A stretch of DNA of 39,549 bases from a virus. Lineage: Duplodnaviria; Caudoviricetes. The notes under the pieces were generated by a model. It searched no databases. It was not told the origin of the DNA and saw nothing but the letters and a program-made list of their open reading frames with translations. Each line of letters begins with the position of its first letter. The stretch's first letter is position 1. The position numbers were made by a program, and so were the translations under genes. The stretch is taken from the IMG/VR virus record IMGVR_UViG_3300011437_000015, positions 1-39,549 of that record; one strand, given 5' to 3'. Shown piece by piece: positions 7,049-15,973 of the stretch.

Positions 7049-7370
7049 CGCCGCCCGCTTGCTCAAAGTCAGTGAGCGCACCATCCGCCGCGAGATTGCA
7101 GACGGTCAGCTGGTCGCGCTGCAGGTGCGCGGCGCAATCCGCATCGAGCCTACCGAGCTGGCGCGCTATATTGCAGCGGCTCGGGGGAGCGCATGTCCAT
7201 CCGCAAAGTCGGCAACCGATGGCAAGTTCGACTGCGTGTTGGCGGTGGCCGACGCATTGAGCGCACGCTACCGCCAGGCGCCACCCGCAGCGACGCGCAA
7301 GCCCTCGAAAATTCGCTCCGGCGTGCGCAAATCGACCTTGCGGCTGGTCGCCGGCCCGCAACGCCCATAG
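7032..7370 (+). CDS. xis: Excisionase (MerR-like HTH_17)
   Basis: 'MLTIADAARLLKVSERTIRREIADGQLVALQVRGAIRIEPTEL', directly upstream of and overlapping int. Confidence 0.8.
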   Translation: MLTIADAARLLKVSERTIRREIADGQLVALQVRGAIRIEPTELARYIAAARGSACPSAKSATDGKFDCVLAVADALSARYRQAPPAATRKPSKIRSGVRKSTLRLVAGPQRP

Positions 7371-8140
7371 ACGCCATGCTCGATCGTTGGCTGGCCGAAG
7401 AAGTGCAGCACCAGAAAAGCGCCGCCCGCACTCGCCAGCGCGTCAACGTGCTGCGTGACTTCACCGCGGGCAAGACACTGGGCCAGCTGCCTGAGGTCGC
7501 CGGCCAGATCAAGACCGCCCAGGCAGCGCCTGCCACAATCAACCGATACCTGTCAGTCCTGCGCCGCATCGGTAACCTGGCCGAACAGTGGGGCCTGCTC
7601 GAGCGCGCGCCGCGCATCACGCTGCTGCCGGAACGCAACGAGCGGCACGTCTACCTGACCCCGGCCGAAGTGCAGCGCCTGGCGCGCCATTGCCCGGCCG
7701 AGGTGGGTGACATCATCCGCTTCGCCGCCCTGACCGGCCTGCGCCGCAGCGAACTGCTGCGCCTGCAACCCGCCGACGTGCGCAATGGTGTGATTTTGCT
7801 CGATGCGCGCACCAAGTCAGGCCGGGCGCGGATCATTCCCCTGCCGCCAGAAGCCGCCAGGATCGCGCAGGCGCGGCTGCCGTGGCGCGTCGATGTATGG
7901 GCCCTGCGCCGCGACTTTGAGGCCGCCAGGGTGGCAGCCGGCCTGCCGCATGTGCACTTTCATGATCTTCGGCACACCTACGCCAGCTGGCTGGTGCAAT
8001 CCGGGCAGAGCATGAAAGCCGTGAAGGATCTGCTCGGCCATTCCACGATGGCGATGACCGACAGGTATGCTCACCTGGCCGCGCCCCACCTGGTCAAGGC
8101 TGTAAGCGGTCTAAGGATCAAAAAACGGAGGGCTGGTTGA
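7193..8140 (+). CDS. int: Tyrosine integrase
   Basis: Catalytic motifs TGLRRSEL (R), TKSG (K), HDLRH (HxxR), LLGH and MTDRYAH (Y). Confidence 0.95.
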   Translation: MSIRKVGNRWQVRLRVGGGRRIERTLPPGATRSDAQALENSLRRAQIDLAAGRRPATPIDAMLDRWLAEEVQHQKSAARTRQRVNVLRDFTAGKTLGQLPEVAGQIKTAQAAPATINRYLSVLRRIGNLAEQWGLLERAPRITLLPERNERHVYLTPAEVQRLARHCPAEVGDIIRFAALTGLRRSELLRLQPADVRNGVILLDARTKSGRARIIPLPPEAARIAQARLPWRVDVWALRRDFEAARVAAGLPHVHFHDLRHTYASWLVQSGQSMKAVKDLLGHSTMAMTDRYAHLAAPHLVKAVSGLRIKKRRAG

Positions 8141-8337
8141 AGTTTAAGACCAATTCGTGGCCGATCCCGAAGCCCGGCGCCGAAGTGCAGAAGTTTTCCG
8201 CAAAGTGCCGACGCTGCGGATCGGAGGCTATCACCCTACGATACGAATTCAATTACTACGGCGGCATGACCGGATACGATCAGAGCCTCGAATTTGTTTG
8301 TGATGCCTGCGGAGCCAGAGAACCCTTAAGCCTTTAG
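8137..8337 (+). CDS. Small Zn-ribbon-like protein
   Basis: CxxC...CxxC, TTG start overlapping the int stop, low GC. Confidence 0.5.
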   Translation: MKFKTNSWPIPKPGAEVQKFSAKCRRCGSEAITLRYEFNYYGGMTGYDQSLEFVCDACGAREPLSL

Positions 8338-8345
8338 ATTAGTGA

Positions 8346-8537
8346 ACATGGGGAAAAGGCGGGGAAAAAATCTCTGAATTTCCACAGCATTACCACAGTG
8401 AAAAGCCGGGATGGCGGAACTGGTAGACGCACGGGACTCAAAAACTCGTGTCCAGTGCTGGCACAAGTCGGCCCCAGAGGCTAAATCGGACTAAACCGGC
8501 CTAAATTGCCTATACATGGGGCAAGGGTGGGGAAAAA
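8346..8537 (+). other. attP site with arm-type repeats and Xis-type repeats
   Basis: 24-bp direct repeats at 8346-8369 and 8514-8537 (3 mismatches) flank the tRNA-like core; three CTAAA repeats at 10-bp period (8481-8510). Confidence 0.8.
8405..8443 (+). pseudogene. 5' half of tRNA-Leu(CAA), forming the att core
   Basis: GCCGGGATGGCGGAACTGGTAGACGCACGGGACTCAAAA = acceptor 5' strand, Leu-type D arm, anticodon stem 5' strand and loop CTCAAAA. No variable arm, T arm or 3' acceptor strand follows. Confidence 0.85.
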
Positions 8538-8547
8538 TTGAAGTCGG

Positions 8548-8748
8548 TCAGCGCTTGAAATTGAGCCCCGGCAGGCTTGAACCAGTCAGGCCGAGCAGGA
8601 TGTTGATGACGAGGATGAGCGCCACCAGGCCCACCACCACGCGCAGCACCTTGTTGAACGGCTCGGGAATGCCCACGTAGCCGATAAACCACCAGATGAC
8701 CCAGAAGATCAGGCCGAGGATCACCAGTTGAATCAATAGTTCGATCAT
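8548..8748 (-). CDS. Small two-TM membrane protein
   Basis: Highly hydrophobic 66 aa with GGAG RBS; lies beyond the late terminator. Confidence 0.75.
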   Translation of the reverse strand: MIELLIQLVILGLIFWVIWWFIGYVGIPEPFNKVLRVVVGLVALILVINILLGLTGSSLPGLNFKR

Positions 8749-8769
8749 GACGTTCTCCATGTCTGGACG

Positions 8770-8818
8770 AAAAAAAAGAGCCGCCCCAGCAGGCTTGCGC
8801 CCGCCGAGGCGTTCGGCT
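8770..8818 (-). terminator. Rho-independent terminator at the end of the late operon
   Basis: GC-rich stem with a GCAA loop followed by T8 on the minus strand. Confidence 0.8.
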
Positions 8819-9090
8819 TACCACGACAGCAGGTGCACCGGCATAGGTTCCCACCCCATCACCGGCCACAGCACTCGGGCTGATATGCCCGCAGGTTTTC
8901 TGTAATCGTCAAGCTCGCGGGTCAAGGCTTCGATCTGGGCAGTGAGCGCGGCAACCAAGGCCGTCTGGTCAACCGGTGGGGCGCGATTGAGCGCCTGAAT
9001 GGTCAGGCCAGACGGTTTGATGATCACGTACTGCCCGTCAACGAGGCGAACGGTGACCGTTGCTGGCTTGTAAATCGTAATGTCAGTCAT
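8818..9090 (-). CDS. Hypothetical protein
   Basis: 90 aa ORF ending at the terminator; short coiled coil. Confidence 0.55.
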   Translation of the reverse strand: MTDITIYKPATVTVRLVDGQYVIIKPSGLTIQALNRAPPVDQTALVAALTAQIEALTRELDDYRKPAGISARVLWPVMGWEPMPVHLLSW

Positions 9091-9126
9091 ACAGCCAGCG
9101 CAGGAACCGCCGCCACCATCGAGCGA

Positions 9127-9552
9127 TCAGTCCGTAGGGCCTGTCGTCGAGACGGAGCCGTCGGCCGAGTGCGAGAAGTAATCGAGGCTCGGGGCGGTAC
9201 CCGCCTTGACCTCGATGCCGTCTTTCGTGACCGCTTCCGGCCCCGTGTAGGCAGCGACGGCAGCGTCGAACTCGGCGCTCGTTGCGTACGATTGCAGCAG
9301 CGGCTCGCCACCGACCGGAGGAACTCCGGGCAGGCCCGCGCGCATCTTGTCTTCGACCGCTTGCGACTTCGCGAAGGCAGCGTCCACCTTGCCAGCGACA
9401 ACAGCGTTGCCAGCTACCAGTGTTGCAACTTCCGCGCGAAGGGCGGCTTGTACACCATCCGCCGCGACGATGAACTCGATCAGCTGGTCGGCCAGCGTGC
9501 TCATGTCATCCAGGTTTTGGGCCAGGGCGTCTACTACGTCTTGTGTTGCCAT
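9127..9552 (-). CDS. Hypothetical coiled-coil protein
   Basis: AGGAG RBS; shares a segment with 9578..9781. Confidence 0.75.
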   Translation of the reverse strand: MATQDVVDALAQNLDDMSTLADQLIEFIVAADGVQAALRAEVATLVAGNAVVAGKVDAAFAKSQAVEDKMRAGLPGVPPVGGEPLLQSYATSAEFDAAVAAYTGPEAVTKDGIEVKAGTAPSLDYFSHSADGSVSTTGPTD

Positions 9553-9577
9553 TGAGAAACTCCTAAAGGGTTAAGGG

Positions 9578-9781
9578 CTAACGGCCTACGGTGGCGGCGC
9601 GCATCTTTGCTTCAACCGCTTCCGATCTGTTGAAAGCTTCCGTGACCTTCGCTGCCACTGCGGCATCGCCGGCCACCAGCTCTAGAACTTGCTGCTTCAA
9701 ACTGTCTCGCTCGATGCGCAGGGCCGCTAGTTCCGCTCTGCTATCGAGGATCTGAAACAGCTCCGTGAGGGTAATTTTCAT
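9578..9781 (-). CDS. Hypothetical coiled-coil protein (paralogous segment)
   Basis: AAGGAGGT RBS upstream; segment 'LVAGDAAVAAKVTEAFNRSEAVEAKMRA'. Confidence 0.7.
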   Translation of the reverse strand: MKITLTELFQILDSRAELAALRIERDSLKQQVLELVAGDAAVAAKVTEAFNRSEAVEAKMRAATVGR

Positions 9782-9835
9782 GTCATTTCGTACCTCCTTT
9801 TTGCGCTCAATGGATGAGCGCCGGTCCGGTCTTGC

Positions 9836-10381
9836 TCATTGCTGCACCTCAGGTGCACTGCACGTCTGGTGCAGGCTTATTGCGTATTTCTGACAGGCGC
9901 CGAGCTGCTCGGCGACGCCGTCGGCTTCGGCTCCGAGCCGGACAAGAAACTCTCGATGCGGCTCAGATAGCTGCTCGGGGCCGGCTTCATAATCTCGGCA
10001 GGGGGCGGGGGCAGCGCTGGCCGGGGCGAGGGCACGTACACGGGTGGCACCGCGCACCCGCTCAAGAGCAGCAGCAAGGGCATCATCTTTCGCATGGAGT
10101 CGCTCCTGTAGGTGGGCGACGATGGCGTCGCGCTCGGTGACGTGCTGTGCTTTCTCGGCCTCGCGCTGCTGCATGGCGAGCGCGCTGGCGGCGGCGTGCG
10201 CGGCCTGCAGCGCTTCGAGCCGCGGCTTCCACACGGCGATCGCGTCGCTGCGTCCGCGACCGTAGGCTATGGCGAGCACGGCCACGACGATGGCGACGAT
10301 GGCGAGCGGCTTCCAGTATTGCGCAATGAACCCGCCGGCGAGCTTGGCGACACCGAACAACGGCAGCAGCGGCAACGGCAT
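9836..10381 (-). CDS. i-spanin (Rz-like)
   Basis: Start trimmed to ATG 10381. N-terminal TM, coiled coil and C-terminal 'ADGVAEQLGACQKY'; contains a nested lipoprotein gene. Confidence 0.8.
   Translation of the reverse strand: MPLPLLPLFGVAKLAGGFIAQYWKPLAIVAIVVAVLAIAYGRGRSDAIAVWKPRLEALQAAHAAASALAMQQREAEKAQHVTERDAIVAHLQERLHAKDDALAAALERVRGATRVRALAPASAAPAPCRDYEAGPEQLSEPHREFLVRLGAEADGVAEQLGACQKYAISLHQTCSAPEVQQ
9877..10095 (-). CDS. o-spanin (Rz1-like lipoprotein), embedded in Rz
   Basis: Lipobox LLSGC and Pro-rich mature part, nested in another frame of the Rz gene. Confidence 0.85.
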   Translation of the reverse strand: MRKMMPLLLLLSGCAVPPVYVPSPRPALPPPPAEIMKPAPSSYLSRIESFLSGSEPKPTASPSSSAPVRNTQ

Positions 10382-10896
10382 CAGTCCGCCCCGCCGAGGC
10401 GTAGGCTCAGGATTGGGCGCGCATCCATGTTGATGGAGCGGAACGGCACCGGCTCCATGCCGACCGCCGCGCGGCGCGCGTTTTCGTGGATCTCGTTGTA
10501 AATCGGCGTGACGCGGTAGCCGAACAGCAGGTGACACCAGCCGAAGTCGATGGCGCGTTCGCTGTAGCCGTCGACCACGGTGTAGCGGCTGCGGCCATCG
10601 AGCCCACGCCAGCATCTGCAGTCGTCGTAGGTGGTCAGGTCGCGGAAGTGCGCCGGCTTGAGCGCGTAGGCGAGCCCGTAAGCACGATTACGCACGCCGA
10701 GCCACCACCAGTCAGCCACGCGCGCCCCGAAGCGGCGATGCAGGCCGCGCATCTTGGGCTCGTACAGGCCATGCGGGCTGGCGGGGTCGTCGGGCGTGTT
10801 GAACCAGCCAGCGCGATAGAAGATGCACACCAGCGGCGCGGCGAGCTTGACCAGCTCGAGCAGCACCAGCCGTGCGGCCAGCGGCAGTCGGTCCAT
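10381..10896 (-). CDS. Conserved phage protein in the lysis cassette
   Basis: 'WFNTPD...WWWLGVRNRAYG' motif commonly seen beside phage lysis genes. Confidence 0.65.
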   Translation of the reverse strand: MDRLPLAARLVLLELVKLAAPLVCIFYRAGWFNTPDDPASPHGLYEPKMRGLHRRFGARVADWWWLGVRNRAYGLAYALKPAHFRDLTTYDDCRCWRGLDGRSRYTVVDGYSERAIDFGWCHLLFGYRVTPIYNEIHENARRAAVGMEPVPFRSINMDARPILSLRLGGAD

Positions 10897-10901
10897 AGTG
10901 C

Positions 10902-11423
10902 CTACCCCAGGTTGGTTTCAGCGACGAAGCGGTTGAACAGCGCCAGCATGTCGGGATCATCGGCCAGCACCTGGCGGATGCCGTCGTTGAAATCCGCCTG
11001 CTCGGCATTGCGCCGATTGACCAGCCCCGCCACCGGTTCACCGCCGGCATTGACCCAGCGGTCGAACTCGATCTGCGCCTCGATGTAGCGGCCCTCGTTG
11101 AGCATGCGCGCCAGCGTGCTGCGCTTGAACGCCGCGCCGCCGATGTTGTAAGCCAGGCTCACCAGCGCGTCGAACATCGGCTGATTCAGTGGCACCGCGG
11201 GCAGTGCCCCGAGCACGGCCTGCTCGAACTCGCTCACCTTGTAGCGCAGCCAGGCTTCGGCCTCGGCCAGCGTGGCCAGGTCATCCCAGCGCACATGGCG
11301 GCCGTCGGGGTAGGTGGTGGTGCCGTAGCCGATAGTCCACTTGCCGACGCTGTCGCGGTAGGCGCGCAGGCGCAATGCCTCGCGGTCGCGGATGCGCTGC
11401 AGTCCGGCCTCGGAAATCTTCAT
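10902..11423 (-). CDS. Endolysin, GH24 phage lysozyme
   Basis: 'REALRLRAYRDSVGKWTIGYGTT' (E-x8-D-x5-T triad), 'FDALVSLAYNIG' and 'GLVNRRNAE'. Confidence 0.93.
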   Translation of the reverse strand: MKISEAGLQRIRDREALRLRAYRDSVGKWTIGYGTTTYPDGRHVRWDDLATLAEAEAWLRYKVSEFEQAVLGALPAVPLNQPMFDALVSLAYNIGGAAFKRSTLARMLNEGRYIEAQIEFDRWVNAGGEPVAGLVNRRNAEQADFNDGIRQVLADDPDMLALFNRFVAETNLG

Positions 11424-11515
11424 GGCGTGGGGACGATCACAATCACCAGCAGAATGCCCAGCACCATCAGCCAGGCGACCACCCCGGCGATCACTTCCAG
11501 CTCGTCGTCATCCAT
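11420..11515 (-). CDS. Small single-TM peptide (31 aa)
   Basis: MDDDELEVIAGVVAWLMVLGILLVIVIVPTP fills the gap and overlaps the lysozyme ATG. Confidence 0.4.
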   Translation of the reverse strand: MDDDELEVIAGVVAWLMVLGILLVIVIVPTP

Positions 11516-11522
11516 GGGCGCC

Positions 11523-11831
11523 CTACTTCTTGTTCGTCCTGGTGGTTGTTTCCAACGTCGCCGTGGTGGTCGATTCGCCCGCCTTGTTGGCGGCGCGATC
11601 GCGGAATAATTGAACGCCACCAATAACGGCGAGATTCGCGGTGGCCACGGCGAGTTGTTCCCATGGCACCAGAGGGGGTCCTGGCCACTGGCGCCCGGAA
11701 AATTCAGTCATCAAGGTCGTGCCCCAAAACAGCAGGGGCCAGCCAATCACGTCATAGGCATAGCCGTAGACAACCACCCACGCAAAAACGCGCTTCCACT
11801 CATCTGACGCGAACATCTTGCCGAGGTTCAT
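11523..11831 (-). CDS. Putative holin
   Basis: Two to three hydrophobic segments and a charged C-terminus, upstream of the lysozyme. Confidence 0.6.
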   Translation of the reverse strand: MNLGKMFASDEWKRVFAWVVVYGYAYDVIGWPLLFWGTTLMTEFSGRQWPGPPLVPWEQLAVATANLAVIGGVQLFRDRAANKAGESTTTATLETTTRTNKK

Positions 11832-11834
11832 GGA

Positions 11835-12221
11835 TTAACGCCCTCTCAGTCCGTTCAGCGTCAAGGTGTTGTGATCACGCAGGAAGCGGTTGATCTCGTC
11901 GATCTTGCCGTTGATGTTGTCCAGCTTGTTGTCGCACTTCAGGCGGTCTATGCCTGCGTCCTGGATCAGGTCCGAGATGCGGGTGAACACCAATTCGTCA
12001 TTCTTGGTGTTGTTGGCGATTGCGGAGTCCAACTGGTAGTACGCCTTCCATCCGACACCGACCGCCCCGGCAATGACCAGAAAGTTGATGATCAGCCACT
12101 TGGCAGCCTTGGCGACCAGTCGCTCTTCGACTCGTTCGGCGATCTCTTCAATGAGCTTGTGATGCGATGACTCATGGGTGATAACAGTTTCGACAGTCTT
12201 GGTGTCGGTAGTAGTTTCCAT
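11835..12221 (-). CDS. Single-TM coiled-coil protein (holin/antiholin-like)
   Basis: One TM followed by a coiled coil; first gene of the lysis region. Confidence 0.55.
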   Translation of the reverse strand: METTTDTKTVETVITHESSHHKLIEEIAERVEERLVAKAAKWLIINFLVIAGAVGVGWKAYYQLDSAIANNTKNDELVFTRISDLIQDAGIDRLKCDNKLDNINGKIDEINRFLRDHNTLTLNGLRGR

Positions 12222-12257
12222 GTCATCTCACGGTCCGGGCGCGGGCGCTCATAACGT

Positions 12258-12455
12258 TCACCTCAGGTTTGCACGAAGGGCAGCAATCTTGTCGTCGATG
12301 TCTTCGAGGCGCTTTTTCAGTTCGGCCGGCGTGCCACCGCGGCCAATGGTCTGTTCGCGGATCGCGCGGGCCTGCGACTTTTCCAGAGCATCGATCTCGG
12401 TCATCACGTAGCGGCGCAGGTATTGCGCAATTTCCTCAGTGGTGAAGTCGCTCAT
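12258..12455 (-). CDS. Small helical protein after the tail tip (possible fibre chaperone)
   Basis: 'IDALEKSQARAIRE...RLEDIDDKIAALRANL' pattern seen after tail genes. Confidence 0.6.
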   Translation of the reverse strand: MSDFTTEEIAQYLRRYVMTEIDALEKSQARAIREQTIGRGGTPAELKKRLEDIDDKIAALRANLR

Positions 12456-15400
12456 TTGCGAATGCCCTGCAGGTTGAGCTGCGTGTCTTTCCAGTAGATC
12501 GTCGTGCTGGTCGTGCCCGGCGCGAAGCGCGCGCCAAAGAACTCGACGGCCGCCGACAGCGCCTGCCCGGCCGGAACGATTACGGAGAACGTGCCGGCGA
12601 ACAGCGCCCGCGTCGGCGTGCCCTCGTTGGTAAAGAAGATGTCGACCCCGGTGGGCACCGTGGTCACGCCATTGAGCACGGTCTTGAGGCGCACCCCGCC
12701 GGCCTGCAGACCGGTATTACCCCAGCTCGCCAGGCAGGAGTAGGTCACCACCACGAACACTGACGCCGGCGTCGTGTTGGTGTAGGTCACCGTCGCCGGG
12801 CTGTGCGTGAAGTTCGGCGTGAGCGCCGGGTTGTTGTTGACCCAGCCGGTTGATGAATTTGCCGGCCGGCTGTCGGTCACATCGGTCACCGATCCCGGTG
12901 TCAGGATGCCGCCGTCGATGGTGTTGATGCTGTCGTCCAGCCACGGCGTGGCCGTCTCGCGCGTGACGCCGTCGGGCGCGAGGCACGCCAGCGCTTGACT
13001 CCAGAATGCAAAGCTTTCACTCTGCCCGCTGGTGGTCGGTGACTTGATGAGGAGGATCTCTGCGTAGGCCGTGTTCGCCGGCGCCGTACCCGTGCGCCAT
13101 AGGCGCGCTTCGGTCTGCGGGGTGTGCGGGTCACCGATGACGCCCGTGTCGGCATCCACCGCATCTGGCCCGCCCATCGCATCGGACAGGTAGCCCAGGC
13201 CGGCGTCCACCCAGCGCAGGTAGAACGCCACCTGGCAGCGGTGCACGCTGACATAGACGCTGGCCTCGAGCGCCACCCCTGCCTGGATCGGAATGCGCTG
13301 GTACAACAGCGCAAAACCGCTGGCCGTCGGCGTGCCCTCCTGGGTCCACGCGCCACCATTGCCGAGGTTCCAGTAGGCATAGTTGCGGCCGTACTGGAAC
13401 GTGCCGAGATGCGAAAACGCGGTCCAGTGCCGCAGCGCCCGCGCGTCGGGGTAGCCGCTCGAACCGTAGCCCAGGTCCTGCGTGAAATTTGAATTCAACA
13501 GTAGATTGGTGATGACCCCAACCCGCCCAATGCAGGTGTGGGCCCACATCGGCGTCCACAAACTGACGAACCCGGCGCTGTTCTTGGCGCGCACACGGAT
13601 CAGGTAGTTCTGGCTGTCGAACGCCGGGTCGATCCAGATCTCAGTGGCACTGCCGTCGGCTTCTATCAGCGACCAGTCGTCAGTCCAGTCGCCGCGCCTG
13701 TAATGCAGCTGCAGCTTGCCGCCACGCTGAACGTATTCATCGTCGGGCGGCGTCACCGCCACGCGAATGCGCGCCACGAAGGTGCCGTCGCCGGCCTTGT
13801 ACAACCACTGCGCGCTGGTGATGCCGGTGATGGTCGGCGCCGCCACCGTGCCGGGGCTCGGCAGCGTGGTATTGGCCGCGCCGGTCAGGATGCTGGCTTC
13901 GCCGAGGTTCCAGTCATAGATGCCGTTAGGCTCCTCGCGCAGCAGAAAGCTCATGCCGCCTTCGACACTGAAGCCGCGCTGCTGGATGCGGAATGGCTTG
14001 GCGCTGAAGCCGTAGCGCGCCAGCGTCACGCTGACCATGTCGCCCACCTGCCAGGTGTAGGTGCTGAAGTTGCACGCCACCTGCAGCGTCAACTGCTCGC
14101 GTGCGCGGTAGACGGCGATTTTCGCCAGCCGCTGCGCGCGCGAAACATCCGTCACCTGCGGCAGCGTCAGGCTGGTGGTGAGCGGCGCCCCGCCGTCCTC
14201 GGTGATGAACGTGGCGCTCGACCAGACCGGGAACTGGTCTTCGATCCAGCCGCCGTCGGCATTGAAGTAGGTGCCCTTGGCGCCGTTGATCAGGTCGCGC
14301 CGCGTGTTGAACGGCACGATCCGCACCGCGCCCGCGCCCGATAGCTTGTTCTCGTCCAGCGTGAGGGCCGGGGCGGTGTAGGCGCCCGCGCGAATGCGCC
14401 ACTTGCCCTGCGAATAGTTGATCGAGCCGCCCATCGACTGGGCGAACAGTTCCAGATTGCTGAGCCGGTCGTCGCCGGTGCTGACCGCGCCATCAAACGC
14501 GTAGCGGTCCTGGTAGGTGGGCGTGGCGGTAAGCTGCACGTCCTCGTCGCAGATATTGGCGGCGGCGATGGTGGCGGTATCGTCAATGCGCCCACTGGCG
14601 GCGTTGACACCGTACTGAAACGTCAGGTAATCGCGCGCGCACAGCGCGGCGTTGCTGGTCCAGACGGTGGTGCTAGTGCGCGGGTCATAGCACTTGCGCC
14701 CGCGCACTACGGCCTTGATGTTCGGGATGCCGGCTTCCCAGATGTTCTCCGCGTAGGTCAGGCGCACGATCAGTGCCGCCATGTCCTGGCACTTGTCGGC
14801 CGAGGTCCAGCTCGGCGCGCCCAGTGCCGCCATGGTCGACGACAGATCCTGCCCGGTGGCGCCGGTGTAGCGCCCGACCCACGCGTAACTGGCGCTGACG
14901 GCGTACTCGTAAGTGATCTGCACCGTGTGCCCGGCGAAGGTGGACGCGAACGTCACCACGTTGCCGGCCACGGTGTAATCGGTGCCGGCGTTCAGCAGCG
15001 GCGGGCTGCCGCTGTCGCCGCCGCCCCACACCACATTGCTGGCGCCGTCCTGGATGCCGCGGATCGCCGTCGGCGTGTGCGGCAGCGTCACCTGGTACGG
15101 CGCGCCTGGCACGGCAACCTGGTGCACATACGGGTCCTGGCCGCTGAGGTAGTACGGCGCATTGGTCACGCTGCCACTGCCGTCGAGCGTCAGCGCAATG
15201 TCGTTGAAGTACACCGTCTCGATCGCGTCGACCTCGCCGTGGGCGAGCGCGATCACCATCAGCAGGTTTTCCTTGCGGCTGCCGGTGGTTTCGGCGTAGA
15301 TCAGCTGGCCGCCGACGCAGGTGCGGCCGTACAGCAGCGGGCGCGGGTTGACGCCGCCCTTGAGCGTGACCATCTGGTCGCGCAGCGAGCGGTTGTATTC

Positions 15401-15541
15401 GTCAATCGCGCGGCGCTTGGCGCGGCGCTGCTGGCTTTGCGAGACGGCGATCGACGCCGCCACCACCCCCACCTGGACCACGGTGGCGATGGTTCCGGCG
15501 AGGGCCGCCTCAACCCCGGCGGCAATCAGCAGCTCAGCCAT
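12452..15541 (-). CDS. Tail tip / central fibre protein (J-like host specificity)
   Basis: Start trimmed to ATG 15541. 'PRPLLYGRTCVGG', 'VRGRKCYDPRT...SNAALCARDYL', FN3-like region and a C-terminal carbohydrate-binding-like domain. Confidence 0.88.
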   Translation of the reverse strand: MAELLIAAGVEAALAGTIATVVQVGVVAASIAVSQSQQRRAKRRAIDEYNRSLRDQMVTLKGGVNPRPLLYGRTCVGGQLIYAETTGSRKENLLMVIALAHGEVDAIETVYFNDIALTLDGSGSVTNAPYYLSGQDPYVHQVAVPGAPYQVTLPHTPTAIRGIQDGASNVVWGGGDSGSPPLLNAGTDYTVAGNVVTFASTFAGHTVQITYEYAVSASYAWVGRYTGATGQDLSSTMAALGAPSWTSADKCQDMAALIVRLTYAENIWEAGIPNIKAVVRGRKCYDPRTSTTVWTSNAALCARDYLTFQYGVNAASGRIDDTATIAAANICDEDVQLTATPTYQDRYAFDGAVSTGDDRLSNLELFAQSMGGSINYSQGKWRIRAGAYTAPALTLDENKLSGAGAVRIVPFNTRRDLINGAKGTYFNADGGWIEDQFPVWSSATFITEDGGAPLTTSLTLPQVTDVSRAQRLAKIAVYRAREQLTLQVACNFSTYTWQVGDMVSVTLARYGFSAKPFRIQQRGFSVEGGMSFLLREEPNGIYDWNLGEASILTGAANTTLPSPGTVAAPTITGITSAQWLYKAGDGTFVARIRVAVTPPDDEYVQRGGKLQLHYRRGDWTDDWSLIEADGSATEIWIDPAFDSQNYLIRVRAKNSAGFVSLWTPMWAHTCIGRVGVITNLLLNSNFTQDLGYGSSGYPDARALRHWTAFSHLGTFQYGRNYAYWNLGNGGAWTQEGTPTASGFALLYQRIPIQAGVALEASVYVSVHRCQVAFYLRWVDAGLGYLSDAMGGPDAVDADTGVIGDPHTPQTEARLWRTGTAPANTAYAEILLIKSPTTSGQSESFAFWSQALACLAPDGVTRETATPWLDDSINTIDGGILTPGSVTDVTDSRPANSSTGWVNNNPALTPNFTHSPATVTYTNTTPASVFVVVTYSCLASWGNTGLQAGGVRLKTVLNGVTTVPTGVDIFFTNEGTPTRALFAGTFSVIVPAGQALSAAVEFFGARFAPGTTSTTIYWKDTQLNLQGIRK

Positions 15542-15969
15542 CAGACCCGCCAGGCGGCCGTGGCGTGGTACATCGGCACCAGCTCGAGCCCCGTGGTGCC
15601 GGGGCCGGCGGCGGCATCGCCGACGCACAGCGCCAGGCACTCGCGCCGGTTGATCTCGACCAGCACCACGTCACCGCGCTGCGCGAACGCCGGCTGAATG
15701 CGTGGCAGCTCGCCCCAGCCTTCCACCAGGTCGGTCAGCGAACCGCCGTGGATGATGCGGGCGGCCTCGGCCGCGGTGCTGTAGCCTAGCGCAGCGGCCA
15801 GGTCTTCGCGTGGCGCCAGGTCTTCGCGCACAGTTTCAACCCAGCCGATGGCGAACTGGGCGCAATCGTGCAGGCCCCAGGCGAAGCGCGTGCTGCGGTG
15901 CCGTTCGACATAGACCTCGAGCAATAGGGTCCAGTCGGCGCGGCGCAGGCCGGAACCGTTGAGCTTCAT
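15541..15969 (-). CDS. NlpC/P60-like tail-tip assembly protein (gpK position)
   Basis: 'FAWGLHDCAQFA' and 'AQRGDVVLV'. Confidence 0.75.
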   Translation of the reverse strand: MKLNGSGLRRADWTLLLEVYVERHRSTRFAWGLHDCAQFAIGWVETVREDLAPREDLAAALGYSTAAEAARIIHGGSLTDLVEGWGELPRIQPAFAQRGDVVLVEINRRECLALCVGDAAAGPGTTGLELVPMYHATAAWRV

Positions 15970-15973
15970 GCGG

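Noticed and set aside
8405-8480. Complete phage-encoded tRNA-Leu
   Set aside because: No variable arm, GTTC T-loop or 3' acceptor strand after the anticodon loop; it is better explained as an att core fragment
10382-10615. Long N-terminal extensions predicted for Rz (and likewise J at 15542..15640 and the ORF at 21565..21813)
   Set aside because: They overlap upstream genes; the coupled stop/start junctions give better starts
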